Below are positions 24,312 to 35,099 of a DNA stretch of 64,000 nucleotides, piece by piece. The stretch is from Dicyema japonicum. Taxonomy: Eukaryota > Animalia > Dicyemida. The first letter of the stretch is position 1, and every line of letters starts with the position of its first letter. The translations under genes were made by a program, and so were the position numbers. Location: the NCBI GenBank assembly GCA_011109175.1, contig RDEW01000008.1:342853-406852 (forward strand), in the 5' to 3' direction. The notes under the pieces were generated by a model. That model saw only the letters and a program-made list of their open reading frames with translations. It had not been told where the DNA came from and ran no database searches.

Positions 24312-24490
24312 CCTTTATTTAACAAACAATAAAAAAGTTAATATATTTAATCAACAACCTTCCTCGCCTGCCTGTTCGCCAGCCTCCTCAGGCAGGTTCG
24401 ATTCTGGTTGCTGAAACAACTCCGAGAGCGCCTAGTCCAATTGAACCCTCTGCCCATATGGCATCTCAGGGCTCTGCCTCCTATACTCAA
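24312..24490 (-). mobile_element. R4/Dong-like 3' terminal fragment
   Basis: Reverse complement of about 19569-19748. Confidence 0.85.
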
Positions 24491-24738
24491 AGACAGTTTG
24501 TGTTAAAATATTATTTTGATAAAAAATAATATTTTTTTTAAATAAATTTTTTTATCAAATTCCCAAATTGGCCACAAATAGTTCAGGAACAATTTTGGGC
24601 AAATTTGATGAACCTTACTGTAAACTGATTTTCCAAACAAATATCCTAATCTGTGGACGAGAGCCCAATTTTTTAATGGTTTTCGATCAACCTATTTGGT
24701 GGAATNTGATTTTTAAAAACTAAAAAAATTCTTTAAAA

Positions 24739-24838
24739 TTTATAATAATGAAAACGCAATTTATAATAATGAAAACAAAATTTATATTAATGAAAACGCA
24801 ATTTATGATAATGAAAACGCAATTTAAAATAATGAAAT
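24739..24838 (+). repeat. 21-bp minisatellite, about 5 units
   Basis: Consensus TTTATAATAATGAAAACGCAA repeated in tandem. Confidence 0.85.
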
Positions 24839-24869
24839 ACCCTGTAAAATTCTACACGAAATTTTCAAA

Positions 24870-25390
24870 TAAGGAACACAGGAAGTCTGATACACTCATC
24901 ACATAGAAAACTGAAAAAGTGTCAGAACCGCTCTTCTCGGAGAGATGTAAGGGGTACATTACATTCCGCAAAACAAAATACTTTCACGGATCGGACAACA
25001 TTTTGTCTATTCTATTGAAAAATCTTGGAGACGGGGGAGTCACCTTCTTAATGTCGATTTTCAACTATTCGATTAACAAAAATGTGATACCCTTATTATG
25101 GAAACAGGCAATAATACGGCCAATACTGAAACTTGGAAGACCAAGAGATGATCCAGCGTCTTTTAGAGCGGTGTCACTACTATGTTCCATATCTAAAATC
25201 CTGAAGAGGCTTGTGCTCGGAGAATAAAAGAATTTTTACCAGAGAGGGCTTTTCAATATGGATTCAAAAATGAGATATCCACGTCCACATACAAACATTG
25301 ACCAACTTCATTCGAGTTGGATTTTCAAACAAGCCGAGACACTTAAAAACAGTGCTCTGCTCGACCGAGATACACAAAGCGTTTGACTCA
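24870..25390 (+). mobile_element. Jockey/I-like LINE RT fragment
   Basis: WKQAIIRPILKLG...PASFRAVSLLCSISKILKRL; related to 3529-4995. Confidence 0.8.
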
Positions 25391-25569
25391 GTCTAGAGCA
25401 GGCATGCTCACGATCATATAATTCATGACTCCATTTTCGATATTTTTTAAATTTGTTGTATACTGTGGTTCCACAAGTTTAACAACAATAAAACAATTTA
25501 CTAAATATAGACAATATTTGTTAGTATTTAATTTTTTTAAAGACAATTTTTTAACAAAGAAACAAATGT

Positions 25570-27080
25570 TAGTTGAGGAAGCCGGCTGCGTGGATCGCGG
25601 ACGAGTTCCCTCGGAGTATGGCCATTCCAATCTTTTGTCTAAGCCATAACCCTTCTCGTTGATCCCTTTTCTTTCTGGCAAGCATTCCTTTGAGTTCGCG
25701 CAAGAACTCAGCCGTCATTGGATCAACGGCTCCCGATGACTCGACCGCAACAGGAGTCCCCGAGGCAATAATATTTCTTGATTTTTAGGTTTTCCGCGGT
25801 CGAAGCGGTTGCTCCAGGTGTCTGAACCGACTTGAAAAGATTCGTGCTTGCTGTAAGTCTTCTGAAATAGTTCCCGACCGCAATGTGGCGGATTCCCTCA
25901 CTGGGTTTTTTAAAGCAAGTAGCCTTGAGGAGAAGATGTCGCTGTTAACCATTTTTCTGATTAGGTCCGTAATTGATTTGACAAGACAGCATCCAGCTTC
26001 AGAGATGTAAGTGGACGTAAAATCCTTAATATGACCAGGACGTAACCCTTCCAAGCCTCCGCCGCTGCTAGCGACGCACTTCGGATTCGGTAATGATTAT
26101 CTTCGAGGTTCCTTCAGGATTCAAAAACTTTTCATAGTCAGTCGGTGTGCTTCAGTATTAAGGTATTCAGGACCTCGGGGGTTCAAGAGAATACTGTGTA
26201 ATCGGACGTGATAACCCGTAAGGCTGTCCGCACGTAGTCCTCCAGAAGTTTTCGACTTACTCTCTTCTTTAGTTTGTTGGGGACATCTTTGGTGTATGCT
26301 CCTCTGGCTACGACCTCATTGACAATAAGTGGCTGTTAAGTATTGCGTGTATGTTATGACTGATAAAATTCATTATGTTTCGTTTCAGTTTCTCGTTGAG
26401 TCGGGAGTTTGTTTCTTTATTATTGTCCTCAGATTTCATTGTAGGTATTCCGAGTGCGACAGGTGCAAAGCATATAAGTTTTAGCCAAAATTCCCAACTG
26501 TCAGAAAACAGTGCGTGATCAATGGCATCTGCAAAAATACGTTGCTACGGCAATTCGTACTCTTTTGGGGATTTTTACTGGGATCTTCCTGGCTTTCCGG
26601 AGGTTCGAGATCTTCAAGAGAGTGTGGTCAGTATGTGGCAATGTAAAGTTTGGCTAAGCTATTTCTCCCGTCTGGGGACTTCCTTTCCAATACAAGAGGA
26701 ACATAGCCAACTCGACAGCGTCTCGGCGCAAGCTTTACTCATTTTTATACAGCCCAAANCGAGATCTTCAAGAGAGTGTGGTCAGTATGTGGCAGTGTAA
26801 AGTTTTGCTGAGCTATTTCTCCCGCCTGGGGACCTCCTTTCCAATACAAGAGGAACATAGCCAACTCGACAGCGTCTCGGCGCAAGCTTTACTCATTTTT
26901 ATGCAGCCCAAATGGACGAATGATTCACATGACGTGCAGTTAATTCCAAATTTCCTGATATTCGATTGTCCACATAAGAGAAATTCCTGAGTTATTCCTA
27001 CTGGCTTTGTTCCACGTACTTCGTCTACTTTTCGTTCTTTATTTTCCGTCTGAGATTTCCGTTGATCACACCACACGTTT
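25570..27080 (-). mobile_element. Internally deleted CRE-like element with N-terminal PHD finger
   Basis: PHD-like ..CGQ...CTSCESFVHLGC...WLCSSC; GGLEGLRPGHIKD (pre-RT); 3' end VAVESSG...GLWLRQKIGMAILRGNS. Confidence 0.8.
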
Positions 27081-27471
27081 TATTTTGATACTTTGAAATT
27101 AAATTAATATTTGAAAAAAACATACGAAACAATTTATATTCCCATTACTAACTTAGTTATATCCGGCTCAATATTTGAGAATGATAATCGTAGATCACCT
27201 TTATTGACAAGTCTATTCCTCGTATTTGTAAGTAATACTACTTTACTGAAGCCACATTCCACCAAATAGGTTGATCCAAAACCATTAAAAAATTGGGCTC
27301 TCATCCACAGATTAGGATATTTGTTTGGAAAATCAGTTTACAGTAAGGTTCATCAAATTTGCACAAAATTGTTCCTGAACTATTTGTGGCCAATTTGGGA
27401 ATTTGATAAAAAAATTTATTTAAAAAAATATTATTTTTTATCAAAATAATATTTTAACACAAACTGTCTTT

Positions 27472-27769
27472 GAGTATAGGAGGCAGAGCCCTGAGATGCC
27501 ATATGGGCAGAGGGTTCAATTGGACATGGCGCTCTCGGAGTTGTTTCAGCAACCAGAGTCGAACCTGCCTGAGGAGGCTGGCGAACAGGCAGGCATAGGA
27601 GGCAGAGCCCTGAGATGCCATATGGGCAGAGGGTTCAATTAGACAAGGCGCTCTCGGAGTTGTTTCAGCAACCAGAGTCGAACCTGCCTGAGGAGGCTGG
27701 CGAACAGGCAGGGGAGGAAGGTTGTTGATTATTAAATATATTAACTTTTTTATTGTTTGTTAAATAAAG
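27472..27769 (+). mobile_element. R4/Dong-like 3' terminal fragment, locally duplicated
   Basis: Matches 19569-19748; flanked by near-direct repeats TTAACACAAACT(G/T)TCTTT at 27454-27471 and 27779-27796. Confidence 0.85.
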
Positions 27770-27949
27770 TGGGGTCTATTAACACAAACTTTCTTTTATT
27801 TTTTTAAAATTTATTTTGAGTGTATGAAGATCATTGATTTTAGATATTATTTTTTATTTTATGTTCAATCAGATATAGTGCATTTGAAATCTCACTTTTG
27901 TTTTAAGTTCTAGTACTTCCATCAATTATTTCGTCTTCTTTTTCAGAAT

Positions 27950-28220
27950 TCACCAATCAGTCTATTATAAAGCCCTGTCTCGTCCATATTGTAAATTCCG
28001 TCTTCTTTATAATGTTTGGAATTACTACAAATCCTTCTCGTTTGCCAGTTATCATTTCTCCATGTAATTTATACATTCTAAAACCATGTCTTTTTTGAAT
28101 CTTGTAAGAAATCCTTTTGAATTTTTGAAATCACTAATTGATAACTTTTCGGCAATATTTTGTGCTTTATTTGATATTCGTCCGTCATTTAACAAAGCAC
28201 ATAAAGGAAACTAAAAACAC
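27950..28220 (-). mobile_element. pogo/Tigger transposase relic
   Basis: DFKNSKGFLTRFKK/RHGFRMYKLHGE and IYNMDETGLY. Confidence 0.8.
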
Positions 28221-28439
28221 CCTTAGATTCCATCAAATCCATCCATTCAACAAGCTTAGTATCAAGCTCAGGAACTTTTATGCTTAAGTATACAGCCAAC
28301 GCTATGGACGGTGACATTATATATTAATTTTCACCAGGTTTTTTGTTAAAAATCTTTTTTTCTGTGGCTCCGCAAGGGGGCCACTGGCTCCCCTTTGGGC
28401 ATGGCTGTTCTAGAGTAAGATACTATCGAGAAAAATATT

Positions 28440-29350
28440 TCAATCGGAGATCCCAGGGAAGCTCAAGCTTTGGATTACCAACTTCATAAGTAAGCGAAGG
28501 GGACGTGTATACCTCGAAGGACTGAAATCCATCTCACGTATCCTACCAAACGGAGTCCATCAAGGATCTCCTTTATCTCCTGCTTGTTTAACTTCTCTCT
28601 GGCCGATCTCCCGGCTCTTGAATATGATGATGTTCTACTCTCTTATGCTGATGATGTTGAATTGGCTTCGCGAGATCGGGATATCCAGAAGGCCACAGAA
28701 AGAATAAAAGTTAACCTGGACCTGCTTAATGTCTGGATAATGGAAAACCAGCTCATAATGAATGCAGAGAAGTCGTCTACGTACCTTTTTATTTCTGACA
28801 AAAGATTGGAAATGAAGACAGTCACCTTGAAGTTAAACAAGGTTGGGATCCCTTTCAACAGATGTCAAATGATCTGACAATTGATATGCATCTCTGTTTG
28901 ACACATAAAAAACATTTTTTTTAAATGCGGAAACTGAATGTATTGAAAAGTTTATCGGGAATATGGAAGAGTGGAACTCTTTCGGTTCTGATGAACGTGT
29001 ATAAATATTACATCGAGCCATGTTTCTCATTTGCATGCGACTCGTGGGGACTGTCCATATCTTGGAAAAATATGAGGAAAATCGAAGAAATGCATGAGGG
29101 CTTACAAAGTAACGGAGCGTTGGATTTGTAGAGATTACCGAGCCCGACCGACGTTTCTGGAGACCCTTATCAGACTAGACTCCAGATCACGGGAATGTGG
29201 CCATGAAAAATCAGTCAGCCATCCTGTATGTTCATGCGCGGACACAAAGGAAGAATAACGGGCAAAGATGAAGTCGTTGTTAAATTGCATCGGGATCACG
29301 TGATAACTAGTTTGTTTTTACCGTAGTCTTGGGTTGTTAAATAAATAAAT
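28440..29350 (+). mobile_element. Jockey/I-like LINE 3' part ('AGIT*' family)
   Basis: GVHQGSPLSP, YADDV, VYKYYIEP; ends GGGATCACGTGA...GTCTTGGGTTGTTAAATAAATAAA. Confidence 0.85.
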
Positions 29351-29354
29351 TTAG

Positions 29355-29517
29355 AGACTGTCTCGACCAAAGTCCATTGCGGGGTTTATATATCTTCGAG
29401 GAGATCCTTAGTCGGATATTGGAGAGAAAAGCGCCCGTCATCTCTCACACGGCCCTGGAAGTCTCAATAGGAACGAAATGGTAGTTTTCCCTGAGTGATT
29501 CGTACTTTCAGATTTTC
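29355..29517 (-). mobile_element. CRE-like endonuclease C-terminal fragment
   Basis: KYESLRENYHFVPIET...GLWSRQSL. Confidence 0.65.
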
Positions 29518-29538
29518 NNNNNNNNNNNNNNNNNNNNN

Positions 29539-30525
29539 TTTATCAAATTCCCAAATTGGCCACAAATAGTTCAGGAACAATTTTGGGCAAATTTGATGGA
29601 CCTTACTGTAAACTGATTTTCCAAACAAATATCCTAATCTGTCAAATTGGCCACAAATAGTTCAGGAACAATTTTGGGCAAATTTGATGGACCTTACTGT
29701 AAACTGATTTTCCAAACAAATATCCTAATCTGTGGACGAGAGCCCAATTTTTTAATGGTTTTCGATCAACCTATTTGGTGGAATCTGGCTTCAGTAAAGT
29801 AGTATTACTTACAAATACGAGGAATAGACTTGTTGTCAATAGATGTGATCTACGATTATCATTCTCAAATATTGAGCCGGATATAACTAAGTTAGTAATG
29901 GGAATATAAATTGTTTCGTATGTTTTTTTTCAAATATTAATTTGATTTCAAAGTATCAAAATAAAACGTGTTGTGTGATCAACGAAAATCTCAGAAGGAA
30001 AATAAAGAACGAAAAAAAGACAAAGTACGAGGAACAAAGGCAGTAAGAACAACTCAGGTATGTCTCTTATGTGGACAATCGAATATCAGGAAATTTGGAA
30101 TTAACTGCACGTCATGTGAATCATTCGTCCATTTGGGCTGCATAAAAATGAGTACAGCTTGCGCCGAGACACTGTCGAGTTGGCTATGTTCCTCTTGTAT
30201 TGGAAAGGAGGTCCCCAGGCGGGAGAAATAGCTCAGCCAAACTTTACATTGCCACATACTGACCACACTCTCTTGAAGATCTCGAAACTCCGGAAAGCCA
30301 GGAAGATCCCAGGAAAAACCCCCATAAGAGTACGAATTGCCGTAGCAACGTATTTTTGCAGATGCCATTGATCACGCACTGTCCTCTGACAGTTGGGAAT
30401 CCTGGCTAAAACTTATATGCTTTGCACCTGTCGCACTCGGAATACCTACAATGAAATCTGAGGACAATAATAAAGAAACAAACTTCCGCCTCAACGAGAA
30501 ACTGAAACGAAACATAATGAATTTT
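29539..30525 (+). mobile_element. CRE-like 5' region with intact PHD finger; inverted copy of about 26370-27420
   Basis: CLLC...CTSC...HLGC...WLCSSC (Cys4-His-Cys3); colinear with the reverse complement of the left copy. Confidence 0.85.
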
Positions 30526-31446
30526 AGCAGACGTCTTACACAATAACGCTGCTCTTTTACGGATGCCTTCAGTAATTTGTCGCTTTGTCTCAGGCATTAT
30601 AAGGGACTTTGGAGTTTCAGTAACACCCAGATACTTACATCCTTCGTGTTCCTCTAGGACTCTTACTAACTCGCTACATACTTGCGTGTTAGTTGCAGAC
30701 TTTGAATAATTCAAATCTAGCCCTATACTCTCAAAGAATTCCCTGGCACAGACCCCCATGGAGTAGAGCTTTTCGGCTGTTCGAGCATACATCTTCAGGT
30801 CATCGATAAAAAGAAGGTGATTTGTACTGAAACAGACCCCNTAGGACTCTTACTAACTCGCTACATACTTGCGTGTTAGTTGCAGACTTTGAATAATTCA
30901 AATCTAGCCCTATACTCTCAAAGAATTCCCTGGCACAGACCCCCATGGAGTAGAGCTCTTCGGCTGTTCGATCATACATCTTCAGGTCATCGATAAAAAG
31001 AAGGTGATTTGTACTGAAACAAACCACCTCACAATAAACTGGTATTTACTCAAACCGGTCACTGAGGCAGCACTTGTTGATCAAATCCTGCTNACTTGCG
31101 TGTTAGTCGCAGACTTTGAATAATTCAAATCTAGCCCTATACTCTCAAAGAATTCCCTGGCACAGACCCCCATGGAGTAGAGCTCTTCAGCTGTTCGATC
31201 ATACATCTTCAGGTCATCGATAAAAAGAAGGTGATTTGTACTGAAACAGACCACCTCACAATAAACTGGTATTTATCAAACCGGTCACTGAGGCAGCACT
31301 TGTTGATCAAATCCTGCTCTTTTCCCCCTGACAATTTCGCACAGTACCCAACTGATTCTCGGAGAAAATCCCATTTGCTTCTACAAAGCTCCTGACCTCA
31401 TTAGCCACCAATTTGGTCATCAGTTTATACAGGGTTGGCATGCAGG
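30526..31446 (-). mobile_element. R4/Dong-like RT fragments
   Basis: CMPTLYKLMTK, TNHLLFIDDLKMY, KYLGV; overlaps in sequence with 18280-18405. Confidence 0.85.
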
Positions 31447-31499
31447 TATTATTAGCTGACATTAGTGCGCTCCATTATTATAGAATTGGTCGGGTTTCT

Positions 31500-31900
31500 T
31501 TAAAGTCTTCAAGAAAGGAAACACATTTCGCCGTGTAACTTGAGCATCCGTGTTTCCGTTTGAATTTATCTAAAAATCCATTATAATTTTTGAAATTACT
31601 GGGTTTTAATTACAAAAATGTTGCATTGGTATTAAAGCATCATTCAATAAACCAGCTATAAAATTGATTTTTTCGATACCTTAAGATTCTAACTCCATTC
31701 TACGAACTTGTCTTCATGCTTCAGATATTTTGGTTTATATGAAACTTTACAAGACGGCTGATGTTTTTATAATGTGTCTTTCTTCAGTAAAGGATTATTG
31801 TTTTTTTCGAAAACAACTGCGAAAATCTTTAAGCTATGTGTTGCCACGAAACAGGATCATCTTAATAATTTACAATTTGATTAAAAAAATTTAGTTAGCA
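31500..31900 (-). mobile_element. pogo/Tigger CENP-B HTH relic
   Basis: FKNYNGFLDKFKRKHG; PKYLKHEDKFVEW. Confidence 0.65.
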
Positions 31901-32311
31901 CAACATACTTTTTGCAAATAAAATTAAAAAAATAGCTATACAAACAAATTTTATACATTAACCCTCAGTCTTGTTTGATAAAATTAATAATGAAGTTATT
32001 ATTATTAACCCAGGCTTACAATCTTCGGCAAGCTCTCACAAACAGTCATAACTAATTAATCGGAGAAAGGAATCCAAGGGAGAGTAGGTCCGCCCTCTTC
32101 CATTTTCGTCGCACGTACTACCGTCGCGGACATCACTTAATTCTTTGGCGGAATAGTTTTCTTAATGTAATTTTCACTAGAGGACTTGGTCAATGATGAG
32201 GTTGGAAAGTCGGGTGTCTAAAAAGTTGTATAATTTTAATTAAAATATAAAAAAATATTTCAGTAATTTTAAAATGTTTTAAAATTAGATTACGTAGCTA
32301 AAGGGGTATTC

Positions 32312-33136
32312 ATGTTGTTAAAATCTGGAAATCTCAAAATTCGATGGTATCATCGCATTTTAATAAATACTCTAAAATATGGGAAAGTCCCCAAACATTT
32401 GGCAGTAATAATGGACGGAAACAGACGTTTTGCTAGATTAAATAAACTTAAAACTTCAGATGGGCATAAACTGGGCTTCGAAACCCTTTCTTTAGTATAT
32501 TTATTAAATTATTTATTTGGATTATTGAATGGTGCAGAGAAGTCGGTATTCCAGAGGTTTCTTTCTACGCTTTCAGCCTTGAAAATTTTAAACGGTCTTT
32601 AGAAGAATTGGATGATCTCTTTGATCTTTTCTGTGAAAAAATGAAGGATTTACTACGAGAAATATAAAAATTGATTTTATTAAGAAAACTTTTAAATGAT
32701 TTGGAGGTCAAAATTAGATTCATTGGAGACCTTTCAAGACTTCCAGAAGACATCCAACAGCTCACTTCGTCTATTTCTAACCACACTCGGTCATTCAACA
32801 AGTAGTCATAGTTTCTTATAGATATTTACTCAATATTGCTATTGCCTACACATCTCGGGAGGAAATGAGATACGCTACTCAGTTGATTCTTGAAAGAGGA
32901 GCTAATGAAGTCGATGTGAAATCTTTTGATGAGTTTTTGTATACTGAAGGGTCTCCTCTTCCTGATATTTTAATGAGAACTTCAGGAGAACGAAGACTTA
33001 GCGATTTTATGACATGACAGGTTGGATTTGTTTTTAAATGAAGTGTGCTGAGAGTAAACTGCAATTTATTGATACTTTGTGGCCTAATTTTACTTTTTGG
33101 GGATTATTTATGGTTTTAATGAACTATCAACTTTGA
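32312..33136 (+). CDS. DHDDS: cis-prenyltransferase DHDDS; two non-canonical introns and an in-frame TGA (disrupted as assembled)
   Basis: PKHLAVIMDGNRRFA, YAFSLENFKRS, IRFIGDLSRLP, LNIAIAYTSREE, PDILMRTSGERRLSDFMT*Q, LWPNFTFW. Introns 32495-32520 (GT-GG), 32664-32684 (AT-AG), 32802-32821, 33021-33043. Confidence 0.93.
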
Positions 33137-33399
33137 TTTTGATTTAATTTATATTTTTGTTTATAGGAGTTAATGTTCTAATGTACAAGAAAGTATCCGC
33201 CGAACTGGATGAAGACTATGAGGAATACAGGTTTCTGAGAGCGGATTGTAGGCATTATGGAATGGTCTTTGTGGTCCATCAAAGCAAAAGTATTGTAAAA
33301 TCAATAACAGTATTTGAATAATTCAGATATGGATTAGTAATAAATTATCAACAATAATAAATGTTTCCCACCATAACTGCAATAAATATGAAATCTTAT

Positions 33400-34265
33400 T
33401 CACTATGAAGGCACTTGCTTTCAAGCGATCACAAATCAGCTATTTTTTGTTTTAAATTTACCAAGGCGCAATTGCACAAACACATAAACATCATTGCACA
33501 AGAATCTCGGTTTAATTGTTGAACACAAATTCTGACATTCGGAAAAGATTTGTGGAAAGGATCAACAACCACATCTCGCGATTACCTGATATCCGTCAAC
33601 CCGACCAAAGTTGGAACGGAATTACCGGCAGAATTAGAATTGCAACCTTGAGTTTATTAAAGGTTGTTTCAACAAGGTCCACNTCGGAAAAGATTTGTGG
33701 AAAGGATCAACAACCACATCTCGCGATTACCTGATATCCGTCAACCCGACCAAAGTTGGAACGGAATTACCGGCAGAATTAGAATTGCAACCTTGAGTTT
33801 ATTAAAGGTTGTTTCAACAAGGTCAACATTCTATATAAAAAAATTAATGAGTTGTCAAGAATACAAAGGAACTTAAAACATGGAAACAAAAATGCTAAAT
33901 GCAACCTTAAAAAAGAAGAGAAAGGAATACAGAGGAATATAAAGAAAATAGTAAAAAAACTTGAACTGATTAACATTGCCTTGGAACTAGAAAAATTATA
34001 TAACGGTCCGAAAATGTTCAAGGCAGTTATGAATAAATCAAGTATATCCATAAACATTAAAGTAACGTACCGAGTATGAAACTGACTTAAAAGAAAATGC
34101 TATGTTATTGCTTCCCATTTCAAAAACAAATTCCACAACGAGCACCACCAAATTGAACAATTTACTGGCAATCCAAGGCCTCTAAATGACTCAATTCATA
34201 CGAAAAGGTTCTTAGCGCAATCAACAAGCTAAAAATAACACTAGCTCAGGAATATTAATATTAAA
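33400..34265 (+). mobile_element. RTE-like LINE linker fragment between endonuclease and RT
   Basis: KMFKAV, IASHFKNKF...FTGNPRPL, similar to 39600-39900 and 60950-61200. Confidence 0.55.
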
Positions 34266-34269
34266 ATAA

Positions 34270-34870
34270 CTCCCGAGAAAACAAAATTAATTAAGTCTCC
34301 CTTGTGCCGTATTCAGAATCATCCTTTCCATCAGCCTCGACCATGATCTTCTATTGCCCGCTAGTTCTCTTAGGTTCTAGGTCGTCTGCCGACGTTAGTC
34401 CCATACCAACCGCCAATAGATATTCATTCAAGATAGTTGGAATTGTCGTTTTTACCCTTCACGGAATCCGAGTAATGTGTGTGCGAATAGTCGTCCATTG
34501 TGACATTTGCGAAGACCTGGTCATTTAGACGTAACACGTGGCCAAAGAGGCTCCATCTTGAGTTGAAAATATCATCTGACAGCACGTCGGATTTGGATTT
34601 ATTAAAAAGTTTTGCATTAGAGATATTCATAGGCCAGTTGATCTTTATTACCGATTTGAGCTGAACTCTCTGGAAGGAGTCAATACGGTCCATTTCCCGT
34701 TTAGGGATTCCCCAAGTCGCCGATTTGTAAATTAGTACCGGAATGACAAAAGCTTTGTATATTCTAAGCCTGGTGTTTAGTACTATCCTCTTCTTGTGCC
34801 CCCATATTAACGATATTTTTTTAGTGCACTCATAGGAAGGATTTCCTACAAGAAACATCTTTAGAGAGCC
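34270..34870 (-). mobile_element. RTE-like LINE 3' end
   Basis: RLRIYKAFVIPVLIY, RWSLFGHVLRL; close copy of 59211-59800. Confidence 0.85.
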
Positions 34871-35099
34871 CAGGAATAGATGGAATAAACAGAGAATTCA
34901 TAAAAAATTGTCAACATAACAAAATATTTGAAATGCGTATACCTTTACCACCGGGAGAAAGCCTTCTAATCCCAGTCCAGAAACCAGGGAAAAATCGGCC
35001 CTATCGAAAACCTCTGTCTAATTATACTACTAAACTCAATAAGGAAGATTTTATTAAAATTTATGCCTAAAATAAATAGTCTGGTGGTAGAATACTGCA

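Noticed and set aside
24739-24838. CRISPR-like array
   Set aside because: Contiguous 21-bp units with no unique spacers, in eukaryotic context; a minisatellite.
32664-32684. U12-type (minor spliceosome) intron
   Set aside because: Starts AT but lacks the ATATCCTT donor and TCCTTAAC branch consensus.
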